NCBI GenBank assembly: GCA_049967255.1
Contig: JBMFTB010000004.1
Coordinates: 1 to 47,669 of the forward strand
From: Thermoplasmata archaeon
Lineage (GTDB): Archaea > Thermoplasmatota > Thermoplasmata > Thermoplasmatales > ARK-15
Reading direction: 5' to 3'
Length of the DNA stretch: 47,669 nucleotides
The position numbers and the translations under genes were made by a program. Below the pieces are notes generated by a model. That model worked only from the letters and a program-made list of their open reading frames with translations, ran no database searches and was not told where the DNA came from. This document shows, piece after piece, positions 28,321 through 38,041 of this stretch. The stretch's first letter is position 1; each line of letters opens with the position of its first letter.

Positions 28321-29478
28321 TTATTCAAGGATCTTGCTCCACATTTCATTTGCCAGTTTTCCATCATATTTGAAGTTTTTTATTGAATTTTTAGCATCTT
28401 CTCTCCTAGCCCTATGCTCTTCCAGAAAATTGTTTATTTTATCAATCAAAATTTCCTTCAGTTCTCCAGTAAGCATATTTCCGGATTTATATTCTTCTTC
28501 AATTTTTCTCAATTTTTGATCATCCGGTTCGAAGAAAAGTTTCAACCATTGAAAAGAAACATCCACATCAGGATTCCCACCTAATTTTCTGTGAAGCTCA
28601 ACTGTAGCTTGGCCTCCAGAAAATGCATATTTCATTATTTTTTTTCTTACTGTTTTAAGATCATCGAATAAATATATTGCAGTTTCTGGTTGTGAAGCGC
28701 TCATTTTTCCTTCTGGGCCAGTCAAAGGAGGAAGAAATTTATTGTGAATGGCTGCGGCTTTAAAGTACCCAAAACCTTCTGCCAAATCTCTCTGTATTCT
28801 CCAGTAAGGATCTTGATCTATAGCTGCAGGTATAAGGCATCTTTTTTTCTCAAAAAATGTTGGAACCACCTGCAAAGCAGGATAAAAAATCATTCCAATG
28901 TTTGTTTCATTTTTGAAGCCAAACACTGCTTTTACGAGAGAAAAATTTATTTTTTTTGCTATTTTTATTGTAATGGGATAAATATTTTTAATGTATTCCG
29001 TATCCTGAAATATGAATGTTTTATCTGGATTAAATCCTAGAGCTATAATATCCAGTGCATTTTCATAGGACCATTTCCTTGAATCATCAAGTTTAAATTT
29101 TTCATCATAAAGAAATTTTTCATCATCTGTAAGCTCTATGTATACATTAGCATTAAATTTATCCTGTATCCATTTTGTCATTACAAATGGAATTATATGT
29201 CCAATATGCATTGGACCACTTGGTCCCCTACCCGTATAAAGAAAAAATCCTTTATTTTTTTCATAATCGTTTAAAACCTTATCTAAATCCCTGTGCGAAA
29301 AAAATACATTTCTTCTAATGAGAATGTTTGAATCCCCTGCATCATTTTCAAATCTCCTTTTCAATTCTTCTGTAAGCGGTTCTGTTCCAAATTTTTTGAT
29401 TAGTTTATCATAATCAACTTTCCCTGTAACAGTCCATGGTGTAACTGAAAAATTTGAATCTTTTGTCATGTTCTCCAC
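28321..29478 (-). CDS. trpS: Tryptophanyl-tRNA synthetase
   Basis: 'LYTGRGPS.MHIGH', 'AIDQDPYWR', 'KMSAS', 'YAFSGGQ'. Confidence 0.97.
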   Translation of the reverse strand: MENMTKDSNFSVTPWTVTGKVDYDKLIKKFGTEPLTEELKRRFENDAGDSNILIRRNVFFSHRDLDKVLNDYEKNKGFFLYTGRGPSGPMHIGHIIPFVMTKWIQDKFNANVYIELTDDEKFLYDEKFKLDDSRKWSYENALDIIALGFNPDKTFIFQDTEYIKNIYPITIKIAKKINFSLVKAVFGFKNETNIGMIFYPALQVVPTFFEKKRCLIPAAIDQDPYWRIQRDLAEGFGYFKAAAIHNKFLPPLTGPEGKMSASQPETAIYLFDDLKTVRKKIMKYAFSGGQATVELHRKLGGNPDVDVSFQWLKLFFEPDDQKLRKIEEEYKSGNMLTGELKEILIDKINNFLEEHRARREDAKNSIKNFKYDGKLANEMWSKILE

Positions 29479-29564
29479 ATTCCATAATAAATTGAGTTAA
29501 TAAATTTTAAGTTTTGTCAAAATATAAATATTAAAATTGATTATTATACTATGGAAGTGAGATT

Positions 29565-30749
29565 ATGAAGATTAAGGATGGTATATATTATGTAGGTTTG
29601 CAGGACAAGGCCATTAGGAATTTTGATGGAATTTTGAACATAGAAAATGGAACGAGTTATAATAGTTATATTTTGATTGGAAACAAGAAATCTGCTCTAA
29701 TCGATCTTGCACCAAAAGAGTATGCAGAGAAGTTAATATCTAATATTGAAAAAATAATAGAATTAAAAAAAATTGATTATATAGTTCTTAACAACACTGA
29801 ACCTGCACATTCAGGTGCCCTTCCAATAATTCTTGAAAGAACAGAAGCAAAAGTTATAATCTCAAAACACGCATTTATGATGCTAAAAGAGATTATGCAT
29901 AAAAATATAGATCCAGTTTTAATACCTGATAAGGGGGATAGCATTTCCCTTGGAAATAAAACGCTTGAATTCATATATGCCCCATATGTTTACTGGCCAG
30001 ATACTATGTTTACATATGTTAAAGAGGATAGAACAATATTCACTGGAAATTTTCTAGGTTCGCACTTTTCAAGTGATAAGATATTTAATGATGAATTAGA
30101 ATTCAAAAAGGAATTTATAGAATACTATAAGACATTTATGAGGCCATTTAAAGATTATGTTCTAGACGCAATAAATAAAATTGAAAAGAAAGAAATTGAT
30201 ATAATTGCACCAGGTCATGGCCCGATTCTCAGAAAAGAACCTATGAAATATTTAGAAATATATAGAGATCTTTCATTGGCAAAGAAAAGGGAGAAGAAAA
30301 AAGCAGTAATATTTTTTGCAACATCATACGGTGGAACAAGAAAAATTGCAGAAAAGATAGGAGAAGGTCTCGTTGAAAACAATGTTGAAGTTGAATTGTT
30401 CGATTTAAACAAAATACAGATTAATGATGAAATAATTGACAAAATAGAAGAATCTGATGCATTGATTGTTGGATCAAATACGGTGAATGGAGATGCCATG
30501 AAAAATGTATGGTTTTTACTTGCATCCTTAAGTACCATTAATTTAAGGAACAAGATTGGATTTGCATTTGGAACATATGCATGGAGTGGAGAAGCAGCAA
30601 GACTGATTGAAAACAGGATGAGGGATTTGAGATTAAAAGTTCCAGAAGAGCATTTCAGGGCACTTATGATACCTACAGATGATGATTATTACGAAGCAAA
30701 AGAGGTAGGAAAAAGGCTTGCAGATGTATTAAATTACAGGGTAATATAA
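29565..30749 (+). CDS. Flavodiiron (FprA-type) protein homolog with degenerate diiron site
   Basis: MBL domain 'GTSYNSY', 'WPDTMFTY', 'IAPGHGP'. Flavodoxin domain 'SYGGT', 'FGTYAWSGEA'. Confidence 0.85.
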   Translation: MKIKDGIYYVGLQDKAIRNFDGILNIENGTSYNSYILIGNKKSALIDLAPKEYAEKLISNIEKIIELKKIDYIVLNNTEPAHSGALPIILERTEAKVIISKHAFMMLKEIMHKNIDPVLIPDKGDSISLGNKTLEFIYAPYVYWPDTMFTYVKEDRTIFTGNFLGSHFSSDKIFNDELEFKKEFIEYYKTFMRPFKDYVLDAINKIEKKEIDIIAPGHGPILRKEPMKYLEIYRDLSLAKKREKKKAVIFFATSYGGTRKIAEKIGEGLVENNVEVELFDLNKIQINDEIIDKIEESDALIVGSNTVNGDAMKNVWFLLASLSTINLRNKIGFAFGTYAWSGEAARLIENRMRDLRLKVPEEHFRALMIPTDDDYYEAKEVGKRLADVLNYRVI

Positions 30750-30785
30750 ACATAATTTAAATAGTCTTTTAATTATACAGAAAAT

Positions 30786-31727
30786 GTGAAGGAGTTGGAA
30801 AGTAGAGTATTAGATGCAGTTGAAAAGGGAAGCAAGACCCAGAGGCAGTTAAGGAAGGAACTTAATATTTCAAAGTCATATTTATCCGAAACATTGGCCA
30901 AGATGGAGGAAAAGGGTTTAATAATCAAGGAAAAGGTAAGTGAAAGGACAGTTTTGATAAGCATAAACAGAGAAAAAATAATTAAAATTGGAATTTTAAA
31001 AGCTACAGAATATGCATCAATTTTTTTAACAATAAACGATTTAAAAGATTTTAGAATTAAGCTTATATCATTTAACAATGCACTTGAAGAAATGAAATCA
31101 CTGGTGGCGGGTGAAATCGATATTGCCTGTTCACCTATAATCACAGGTTTTATCTTTCATTTGATGGATGATAGAATTGTGGTATTATCTGCCTGTGCAA
31201 GAGGTGGTTCAGGAATTGTTTATGAAAAAAAGGAAGGTACAATAGGTTCAACCATGCTTTCAACAATGGATATTCAATCAAGAATATTTATGAAAGAATT
31301 TAAGGGCATTAAATATTTTCTTTCCCCTGAAGAAATGGTTGAGAGTTTCAGAAGAAAGGAAATTCAGGCAATATCCATATGGGAACCATACCTATCTTTT
31401 TTTAATGACAAGAAAAAAATTTACCCCGGGAGGGAAGATCCATGCTGTGGATTTCTATTGTTCAGGGACAGGATTAACAAATCAATAAAAATACTTTATA
31501 GGAAATTTCTTGAAAACTCAAGAAATCTTAGGGATGGAAAGAGGATTGAAGAAGCTGCAGAATCTATGTCTGAATTTTTTAAAATTGACAAAAACATAAT
31601 TATACAAAGCATGAATAGTTATGATTTTTGTAATGATCTTGATGAAAACAATATTTTAAAAATCATGGAAAAATTTGGTATAAATGTTAATATGCGACTT
31701 GTAAACAGTTACCTAAACAAAAATTAA
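30786..31727 (+). CDS. Winged-HTH regulator fused to SsuA/THI5-like (type II periplasmic-binding fold) domain
   Basis: 'TQRQLRKELNISKSYLSETLAKMEEKGLI', then 'GEIDIA', 'IQAISIWEPY', 'PCCG'. No signal peptide. Confidence 0.72.
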   Translation: MKELESRVLDAVEKGSKTQRQLRKELNISKSYLSETLAKMEEKGLIIKEKVSERTVLISINREKIIKIGILKATEYASIFLTINDLKDFRIKLISFNNALEEMKSLVAGEIDIACSPIITGFIFHLMDDRIVVLSACARGGSGIVYEKKEGTIGSTMLSTMDIQSRIFMKEFKGIKYFLSPEEMVESFRRKEIQAISIWEPYLSFFNDKKKIYPGREDPCCGFLLFRDRINKSIKILYRKFLENSRNLRDGKRIEEAAESMSEFFKIDKNIIIQSMNSYDFCNDLDENNILKIMEKFGINVNMRLVNSYLNKN

Positions 31728-31733
31728 ATAATA

Positions 31734-31747
31734 CGAACACATGTTCG
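31734..31747. promoter_or_regulatory. Palindromic operator candidate CGAACA-CA-TGTTCG
   Basis: Perfect 6-bp inverted repeat between TATA-like TTAAATAA (31724) and the permease ATG (31752). Confidence 0.45.
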
Positions 31748-31751
31748 ATCT

Positions 31752-33026
31752 ATGTACAAGGATGGAATTGAGCAGGTGCCAAAGGAATACAGGAAAGGCT
31801 CTCCATTCAACCAGTTTACTTTATGGTTTGCGGCCAATTTAACACTTGCGGATTTTGCAATAGGTTTTATACCCCTATTTTTTAATTTAAGTATATACTA
31901 TTCTTTTTTAGGTATTATTCTTGGGACATTGCTTGGCTCATTGGTTGTTGCAACTTTTTCCACAATGGGACCTGGGAAGGGTAAAACACAGATGATGATA
32001 TCAGGAGATACATTCAAGAGATCAAATTTTATTTTTTCATTTTTTCAGGGGATAAGTTCTCTTGGATGGTTTACAGTAAATTTGATTCTTGGAACTCTCG
32101 CAATTTTAACAATTTTCAGGACACATTTTATACCAATTATAATAATTTACGGGACCATTCAGGTTTTAATAGCATACTTTGGTCACGACTATATTCATAA
32201 GCTTGAAAAATATTTCAGCATATTTTTAGGACTTATGTTTCTTTACATTACAATATTTGGAAATCTTGCATTCAAGATATCATATGTTCAGGAGAACAAC
32301 CCTGTAGGTCTTGGTGTATTGCTCGCTTCTGCCTTTGCATACATGGCCTCCTGGGCCCCATACGCATCAGATTATTCTAGGTATCTCCCAGAAAGCACTC
32401 AGAGATCAAAGGTTCTATTATATTCATTTCTCGGTTCATTTATATCAACAATATGGATTGAAATACTTGGATTTCTCGTTGCTGTAAAGACTATGGATAC
32501 AAATTCCATGCTTGCTGCCTATCAGGTGTCAGGTTACTTAGGCATTCTCGTTTCAATAGCCCTTGTGTTTGGCGGTATTGGAACAAACTCGATCAACATT
32601 TATTCATCATCCCTTTCATTCAATGCTGTATTCAAGAAAAGAAACAGGATGAATATTCTGATTACAGGTGCCATAGTTTCATTCATTGTAGCAATGATTG
32701 GTTTTTATAATTTCTATTCATTTTATGAGGATTTTCTATACTTGCTTGATTACTGGATAATGCCCTGGGCTGGCGTGGTCGTTGCAGATTACCTATTTAT
32801 TAAAAATGGTAATTCAAAGCTTTCAATAATATCTTTTTCAATGGGATTAGCTCTAAGCATCCCTTTCATGAATCCAGGCATTCTATTCGCTGGACCCATT
32901 TCAAATTATCTCGGTGGCGTTGATATAAGTTATTTCATTTCCTTTGTTGTTTCATTCATATCTTACATTTCATTATCAAGAAAATTCAAGCCTTTGCAAC
33001 AATCTTTATCACATCCCCATCCTTGA
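31752..33026 (+). CDS. Purine-cytosine permease (NCS1 family)
   Basis: 'FTLWFAANL', 'GWFTVN', 'SWAPYASDYSRYLP', 'NIYSSSL'. About 12 hydrophobic segments. Confidence 0.9.
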   Translation: MYKDGIEQVPKEYRKGSPFNQFTLWFAANLTLADFAIGFIPLFFNLSIYYSFLGIILGTLLGSLVVATFSTMGPGKGKTQMMISGDTFKRSNFIFSFFQGISSLGWFTVNLILGTLAILTIFRTHFIPIIIIYGTIQVLIAYFGHDYIHKLEKYFSIFLGLMFLYITIFGNLAFKISYVQENNPVGLGVLLASAFAYMASWAPYASDYSRYLPESTQRSKVLLYSFLGSFISTIWIEILGFLVAVKTMDTNSMLAAYQVSGYLGILVSIALVFGGIGTNSINIYSSSLSFNAVFKKRNRMNILITGAIVSFIVAMIGFYNFYSFYEDFLYLLDYWIMPWAGVVVADYLFIKNGNSKLSIISFSMGLALSIPFMNPGILFAGPISNYLGGVDISYFISFVVSFISYISLSRKFKPLQQSLSHPHP

Positions 33027-34182
33027 GCAAATAATCCTTTCCAACAATTATCTTTTTTTTGCCATCTATTGCCCTAATAAAATTTTCACCAAGGTCAGAA
33101 TGAACCTTGAAAGCAAGATCAAGTGCAGTTGAACCTTCCGGCATTAAATATACATCAGGAAGGATATTTCCAGATTTGTCTATCCAATGGGTTTCATCTT
33201 CCACAGGATATACTGAGATCATATGGAGTTGATCAAAGACAGCCGATTCAAGGACCTTTTGTACACCTGTGCCACCATTTTCTTCCATAAAAATTCTTAT
33301 CTTTTCAAGAGCCTTTTTCTGATTTTCATTCAGTTTTGTTTCATCAACGATCTTGAAATATGTGTCACCCGGTCTATATTTTATTAAACCTGCTTTTGTT
33401 GCCCTTACAAGTGCAAGCTCATAATCAGCCGATATGGGAATTACGGGATATTTTACCCTCCCCTTCAATTTTTCAACATTGTCCCTGTCAGCAATGTCCG
33501 CCTTATTGGCCGCAATTACAAATGGTTTGGATATTTTTAAAATTTCCGTTCCTACAGATAGAAAATCATTTTCACCCCATTCTTCAACAGGTCCGAATGA
33601 TGCATTTTCAAGTGCCTTTTCAATCTGATTTTCATCTATGCCAAGACCTGAAAGCTGTTGTGAAAGAAGTGTTTCAAGTTTTGTACCCTCGGTACCAACC
33701 CTTCTTGCAACCTTTTTCCAGTTTCTTGAAAGTATATTCGCCATCCAGAATGCAATTTCCTTTTCAACAAATTCAACATCTTCAAACGGATCATTGGAGT
33801 TTTTATCTACATTATTACCCTCCTTATCCGTGGAGCCAGAAACATCAACAACATGAATCAATGCATCAGCATTTCTAAGATTATCAAGAAACCTATTACC
33901 CAACCCTTTTCCCTTGTGTGCTTCAGGTACAAGGCCAGCCACATCCATGATACTTACCGGTATCATCCTAATTCCTTCCATACAAACTGAATTTTTTGGA
34001 TTACAATTTTTACCTAATATAATGTGCGGGCATGTTTTTCTTACATATGCAGTACCAATATTAGGATTTATTGTTGTAAATGGATAATTTGCAATTTCAA
34101 CAATATGCTGCGTTATTGCTGAAAAAAATGTTGACTTTCCAACATTTGGTTTTCCTATTACACCTATTAAAATTTTCACCAC
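32986..34182 (-). CDS. ychF: YchF/OLA1 family ATPase/GTPase with TGS domain
   Basis: 'GKPNVGKST', 'ANYPFTTI.PN', 'DVAGLVP', 'ANKAD', C-terminal TGS. Confidence 0.93.
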   Translation of the reverse strand: MVKILIGVIGKPNVGKSTFFSAITQHIVEIANYPFTTINPNIGTAYVRKTCPHIILGKNCNPKNSVCMEGIRMIPVSIMDVAGLVPEAHKGKGLGNRFLDNLRNADALIHVVDVSGSTDKEGNNVDKNSNDPFEDVEFVEKEIAFWMANILSRNWKKVARRVGTEGTKLETLLSQQLSGLGIDENQIEKALENASFGPVEEWGENDFLSVGTEILKISKPFVIAANKADIADRDNVEKLKGRVKYPVIPISADYELALVRATKAGLIKYRPGDTYFKIVDETKLNENQKKALEKIRIFMEENGGTGVQKVLESAVFDQLHMISVYPVEDETHWIDKSGNILPDVYLMPEGSTALDLAFKVHSDLGENFIRAIDGKKKIIVGKDYLLKDGDVIKIVAKA

Positions 34183-34607
34183 CTCACAAGAACTTTGGCC
34201 AATTGCTTGCCCTTAGGGCAATTTATATCTTCAACATATTTCTCAATTTTTATTTTTGTTCCTTCCCTTAATCCTGGTATATTACAAAGATCATAATATT
34301 TACAGTACATTTCATTGCAAACATCATTTTCTGTGGTTATGCTACTACCTTCAATTGCAACTTTTTTATTTATTGCCATTGGAACAGGTATTTCTTCGAC
34401 CTCAACAGTTACAACTTTATTCAAATCGTGTATTTTACACTGATGTTCTTTGTCTCTAACATTAGTTATCCTATAATATTTTCCACTTTCAAGCATGAAA
34501 CAAATATTCTTTAGTGGACAATCTCTGCAGTCTATTATATTACCAAGAAACTGAAATTCTAGACCCTGTTTTGCCATTCTTTTGCCTACCAAAGCAATAA
34601 GAACCAA
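34176..34607 (-). CDS. UPF0179 family archaeal protein
   Basis: 'LVGKRMAK.G.EF.F...CRDCPLKNIC', 'C.IH', 'CPKG'. Confidence 0.8.
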   Translation of the reverse strand: MVLIALVGKRMAKQGLEFQFLGNIIDCRDCPLKNICFMLESGKYYRITNVRDKEHQCKIHDLNKVVTVEVEEIPVPMAINKKVAIEGSSITTENDVCNEMYCKYYDLCNIPGLREGTKIKIEKYVEDINCPKGKQLAKVLVRW

Positions 34608-34609
34608 AT

Positions 34610-35662
34610 CTATATCACCTCTGTTGCCTTTAGCGCTTTTTCAGCAGCCTCGGGTGATATACCGTTCTCACCGAGTATTGTGTATCTTTCCCTTACTTTA
34701 TGAGAAATAGTTAGTGCTTTAATCGCTTCTTCATTTGTTAAACCTATTTCTTTTGCCTTTGTAGGAGCGCCCATTATTCTAAGTGCATCCCTAATTTTCT
34801 TCCAATCCTGGCCCTGCAAAAAGCTCATTACTATTGTTCCAACACCAGCAATTTCGCCGTGCAAAGCCTTACCTGGTGCTATTGTTTCTACAGCGTGTGT
34901 GAATAGGTGTTCGCTTCCGCTTGCTGGTCTTGAAGACCCTGCCAGGCTCATAGCCATGCCTGAGGAAATGATAGCTTTTACAACAACCCAAACGGACTCC
35001 TCATCATTCGGTTTCAATGTTGGAGCATAATTGATCATTTCTTCAGCCGTATATTTTGAAATAGCATACGCGGAACTTGAGAATTCCTCCCCCTTTAATT
35101 TGTATGCAAGTTCCCAATCCCTAACAGCTGTATAATTGGCTATTACATCTGCCGCACCTGCAATTAAATATCTGTATGGCGCCTTTACTATAATAGATGT
35201 ATCAGCAATAATTGATATAGGAACAGATGCTTCAGAGGACACAGTATTCAGTCCATCTTTTATTGTTGCCCTAGGGCTAGCAACACCATCATGAGATGCT
35301 GATGTTGGTACAGAAATGAATGGCAGAGATATATCAAATGCTGCCTTTTTTGCTATATCAATTTTTGTACCTCCACCTACTCCTATGATCAGATTAAATC
35401 TCTTCTTTGCTGCTCTTTTTTTAACAAGCTCCACATTTTCTACAGTAGCATCACCTGTAAGGAAAATTTCAACCTTGTAATCCTTTTTCAGAATTCTTTC
35501 AACTGTTTTTCCTGCCACTTCCGATGTTTTCGGGCCTGTTACAATAAGGATCTTGCCTTTTATCTTTAGATCCCTTAAAACATCACCTATTTTTTCCAGT
35601 GCCCCATGGCCCGCGAGAATGATCCTTGGTAATTCCATCTTTTTAAGTTTGTTAAAGTCCAT
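34610..35662 (-). CDS. egsA: sn-glycerol-1-phosphate dehydrogenase
   Basis: 'GVGGGTKIDIAK', 'PTSASHDGVASP', 'SSRPASGSEHLF.H', 'LHGE', 'RERYTILG'. Confidence 0.96.
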   Translation of the reverse strand: MDFNKLKKMELPRIILAGHGALEKIGDVLRDLKIKGKILIVTGPKTSEVAGKTVERILKKDYKVEIFLTGDATVENVELVKKRAAKKRFNLIIGVGGGTKIDIAKKAAFDISLPFISVPTSASHDGVASPRATIKDGLNTVSSEASVPISIIADTSIIVKAPYRYLIAGAADVIANYTAVRDWELAYKLKGEEFSSSAYAISKYTAEEMINYAPTLKPNDEESVWVVVKAIISSGMAMSLAGSSRPASGSEHLFTHAVETIAPGKALHGEIAGVGTIVMSFLQGQDWKKIRDALRIMGAPTKAKEIGLTNEEAIKALTISHKVRERYTILGENGISPEAAEKALKATEVI

Positions 35663-35768
35663 TGTGTTTTATTGAAAAAAATACGAGTTATTAATTCTTT
35701 CTTCAAATTTTCAATTTTTTTAAAATTAAAAGTAAATATAAAATAGTATATTGCATTATAAAAGTATT

Positions 35769-37214
35769 ATGGAATTAAGCAGGAACGAAAAGATCCTTTT
35801 AAAAACATTAAAAGATCTTGGTGGGAAAGCAAAAGTAAATGAACTTGTTGATAAAATTAAGCTTTCGCTTGTGGAAATAATGAATGCTGCATCCTGGCTT
35901 AAGATGAAAGGTGCATTGAAAATAAATGAAAGTTTAATTTCTAAATATGCTATCAGTGATGAGGGTAAAAGGGCTTTGGAATTGGGTCTTCCTGAGAAAA
36001 GGTTATTCAATATCATTAAAGAAAAAGGGCCATTGAGCATTGATCAGCTTAAAGAAATTTTAGGAAAGGATGTTGTTTCATTAGCCATTGCCCATCTTAA
36101 AAATAAGGGAATTGAAATTAAAGATGGTAAAATATACATTTTGGATGAGAATAAGGTCATTGATACAATAGCAGAAACAGAGATGTATTTAAAAAACATT
36201 GATAAAATAAGTAATGAAAAAATAAATCAGCTTTTGAAGAGAAACCTGGTAGAAAAGAAAGAAAAAGTGGAAAGAGAACTTATACTCACGGCAATCGGGC
36301 TTGGAATAAGCGATGAAGAACTCAAAGTAGGGGAAGAAATCACGCAAATTTCACCAGAGGATATACAGACAGGGGTATGGAGAAATAAGGAAATAAGAAA
36401 ATATGACATTAGGATGTTTGCCCCATACCCTGAAATGGGTAGGAAACACCCTTTGAGTGAATTTATAGAAAAGGTAAGGAGGATATTCTTGAGTATGGGC
36501 TTTAGGGAAATTTATGGAAAATATGTTGTAAGCGCGTTCTGGAATATGGATGCCCTTTACATACCACAGGATCATCCAGCCAGGGATATGCAGGATACTT
36601 TTTACATAGATGGGGTATTTGATCTACCACCATACTTTGAAAAAATAAAAAGGGTTCATGAAAATGGTGATGGAATTTCAAGGGGATGGAAATATTTATG
36701 GCAGGAGGAGGCATCAAGAAAGGCTCTTTTAAGAACGCACACCACTGTTAATTCAGTGAAGTATCTTTATGACAACAGGAATGAAAGTACCATAAGGGTA
36801 TTCACAATAGGTAGAGTTTTCAGAAGAGAAAATATGGATCCAACGCATCTTCCTGAGTTTCATCAGATTGAAGGTATAATGATGGAGAGAGGAAGCAATT
36901 TTTCTATGTTGTTAGGAACGCTTTCAGAATTTTATTCCAGTCTCGGATTCAAGCAGATAAAATTCAAGCCATCATACTTTCCTTATACAGAACCAAGTCT
37001 TGAAATACATGTTCTAAAGGATGGAAATTGGCTAGAGCTAGGTGGTGCAGGTATATTCAGGCCTGAGGTTACAGAACCAATGGGTATAAAAGGAAAAGTT
37101 CTTGCTTGGGGTCTTGGTCTTGAAAGATTGGCAATGCTATACTATGGAATTCAAGACATCAGAGATCTTTACATAGCAGATCTAGAACAGCTCAGATCAT
37201 TGCCTGTACTTTAA
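35769..37214 (+). CDS. pheS: Phenylalanyl-tRNA synthetase alpha subunit
   Basis: 'FWNMDAL..PQDHPARDMQDTFY', 'LLRTHTT', 'FRRE..D.THLPEFHQIEG', 'YFPYTEPS', 'AWGLGLERL'. Confidence 0.97.
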   Translation: MELSRNEKILLKTLKDLGGKAKVNELVDKIKLSLVEIMNAASWLKMKGALKINESLISKYAISDEGKRALELGLPEKRLFNIIKEKGPLSIDQLKEILGKDVVSLAIAHLKNKGIEIKDGKIYILDENKVIDTIAETEMYLKNIDKISNEKINQLLKRNLVEKKEKVERELILTAIGLGISDEELKVGEEITQISPEDIQTGVWRNKEIRKYDIRMFAPYPEMGRKHPLSEFIEKVRRIFLSMGFREIYGKYVVSAFWNMDALYIPQDHPARDMQDTFYIDGVFDLPPYFEKIKRVHENGDGISRGWKYLWQEEASRKALLRTHTTVNSVKYLYDNRNESTIRVFTIGRVFRRENMDPTHLPEFHQIEGIMMERGSNFSMLLGTLSEFYSSLGFKQIKFKPSYFPYTEPSLEIHVLKDGNWLELGGAGIFRPEVTEPMGIKGKVLAWGLGLERLAMLYYGIQDIRDLYIADLEQLRSLPVL

Positions 37215-37334
37215 ATAGCAGTTGGTACAAATACCAAGAGAGCTAATGTAATGATCATTGCACACGGGCCGACCACAAAGTTTACATGTGTGAGATGCAG
37301 GTTTGCCACATATGTAACATAGTCCCAAAATCAT
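37197..37334 (-). CDS. 45-aa Cys-rich zinc-finger microprotein (not in ORF track)
   Basis: Hand translation MILGLCYICGKPASHTCKLCGRPVCNDHYISSLGICTNCYLKYRQ*. ATGA overlap with the queC stop; GGAGG SD. Confidence 0.8.
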   Translation of the reverse strand: MILGLCYICGKPASHTCKLCGRPVCNDHYISSLGICTNCYLKYRQ

Positions 37335-38041
37335 TTCCTTCCCTCCAAATATTTCTTGTAAAATTCTGGATAATGTTCATATTCTATAGGATCAACTGAT
37401 GAAGCATCCATGAACCCTTTCAGTCTTAATATACAAGAATCGCATCTGCCACAGGCTTTTTCCTCACCCCTATAGCATGACCATGTTAATTCATATGGCA
37501 CCTTCAAATCTAAACCCTTCTTTATTATCTCACCCTTTGTCATATTTATCAGAGGAGCTACTATCTGAATAGGCTTTCCCTCTACGCCTACCTTTGTGGC
37601 CAGTTTAGAAAGTTTGTTAAATTCTTCAATGTATTCCGGTCTGCAATCAGGATAACCTGAATAATCAAGGGTATTGACACCTATAAATATCTTTTCAGCT
37701 CCAATGGTCTCTGCATATGAAAGTGCAATCGAAAGGAAAATTGTGTTCCTTGCCGGAACATATGTTATAGGTATTTCTGTACCTATTTCATCATAATTTT
37801 CCCTTAATGGAACAGAAAAATTATCTGTTAAGGCGCTTCCACCTATGCTTTTCAAATCAATTTTTATTGTCTTTAGCTTAAGACCATAATGTTTTGATAC
37901 CTTTTTAGCACTTTCTATTTCCTTTTTATGCCTCTGGCCATATAGGAAAGTAATTGGATATACATCATAACCCATTGATATTGCAATTGCAAGGGCGGTA
38001 GTACTGTCAAGCCCTCCTGATAGAAGAGCAACAGCCTTCAT
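37331..38041 (-). CDS. queC: 7-cyano-7-deazaguanine synthase
   Basis: 'LLSGGLDS', 'YGQRH', 'TYVPARNTIFL', 'GYPDCRPEY', 'TWSCY...CGRCDSC'. Start at ATG 38041. Confidence 0.96.
   Translation of the reverse strand: MKAVALLSGGLDSTTALAIAISMGYDVYPITFLYGQRHKKEIESAKKVSKHYGLKLKTIKIDLKSIGGSALTDNFSVPLRENYDEIGTEIPITYVPARNTIFLSIALSYAETIGAEKIFIGVNTLDYSGYPDCRPEYIEEFNKLSKLATKVGVEGKPIQIVAPLINMTKGEIIKKGLDLKVPYELTWSCYRGEEKACGRCDSCILRLKGFMDASSVDPIEYEHYPEFYKKYLEGRK

Noticed and set aside
33360-33878. 172-aa plus-strand ORF, and similar antisense ORFs such as 39323-39874, 20251-20685 and 22840-23265
   Set aside because: Shadow frames of well-supported genes, with no recognisable motifs.
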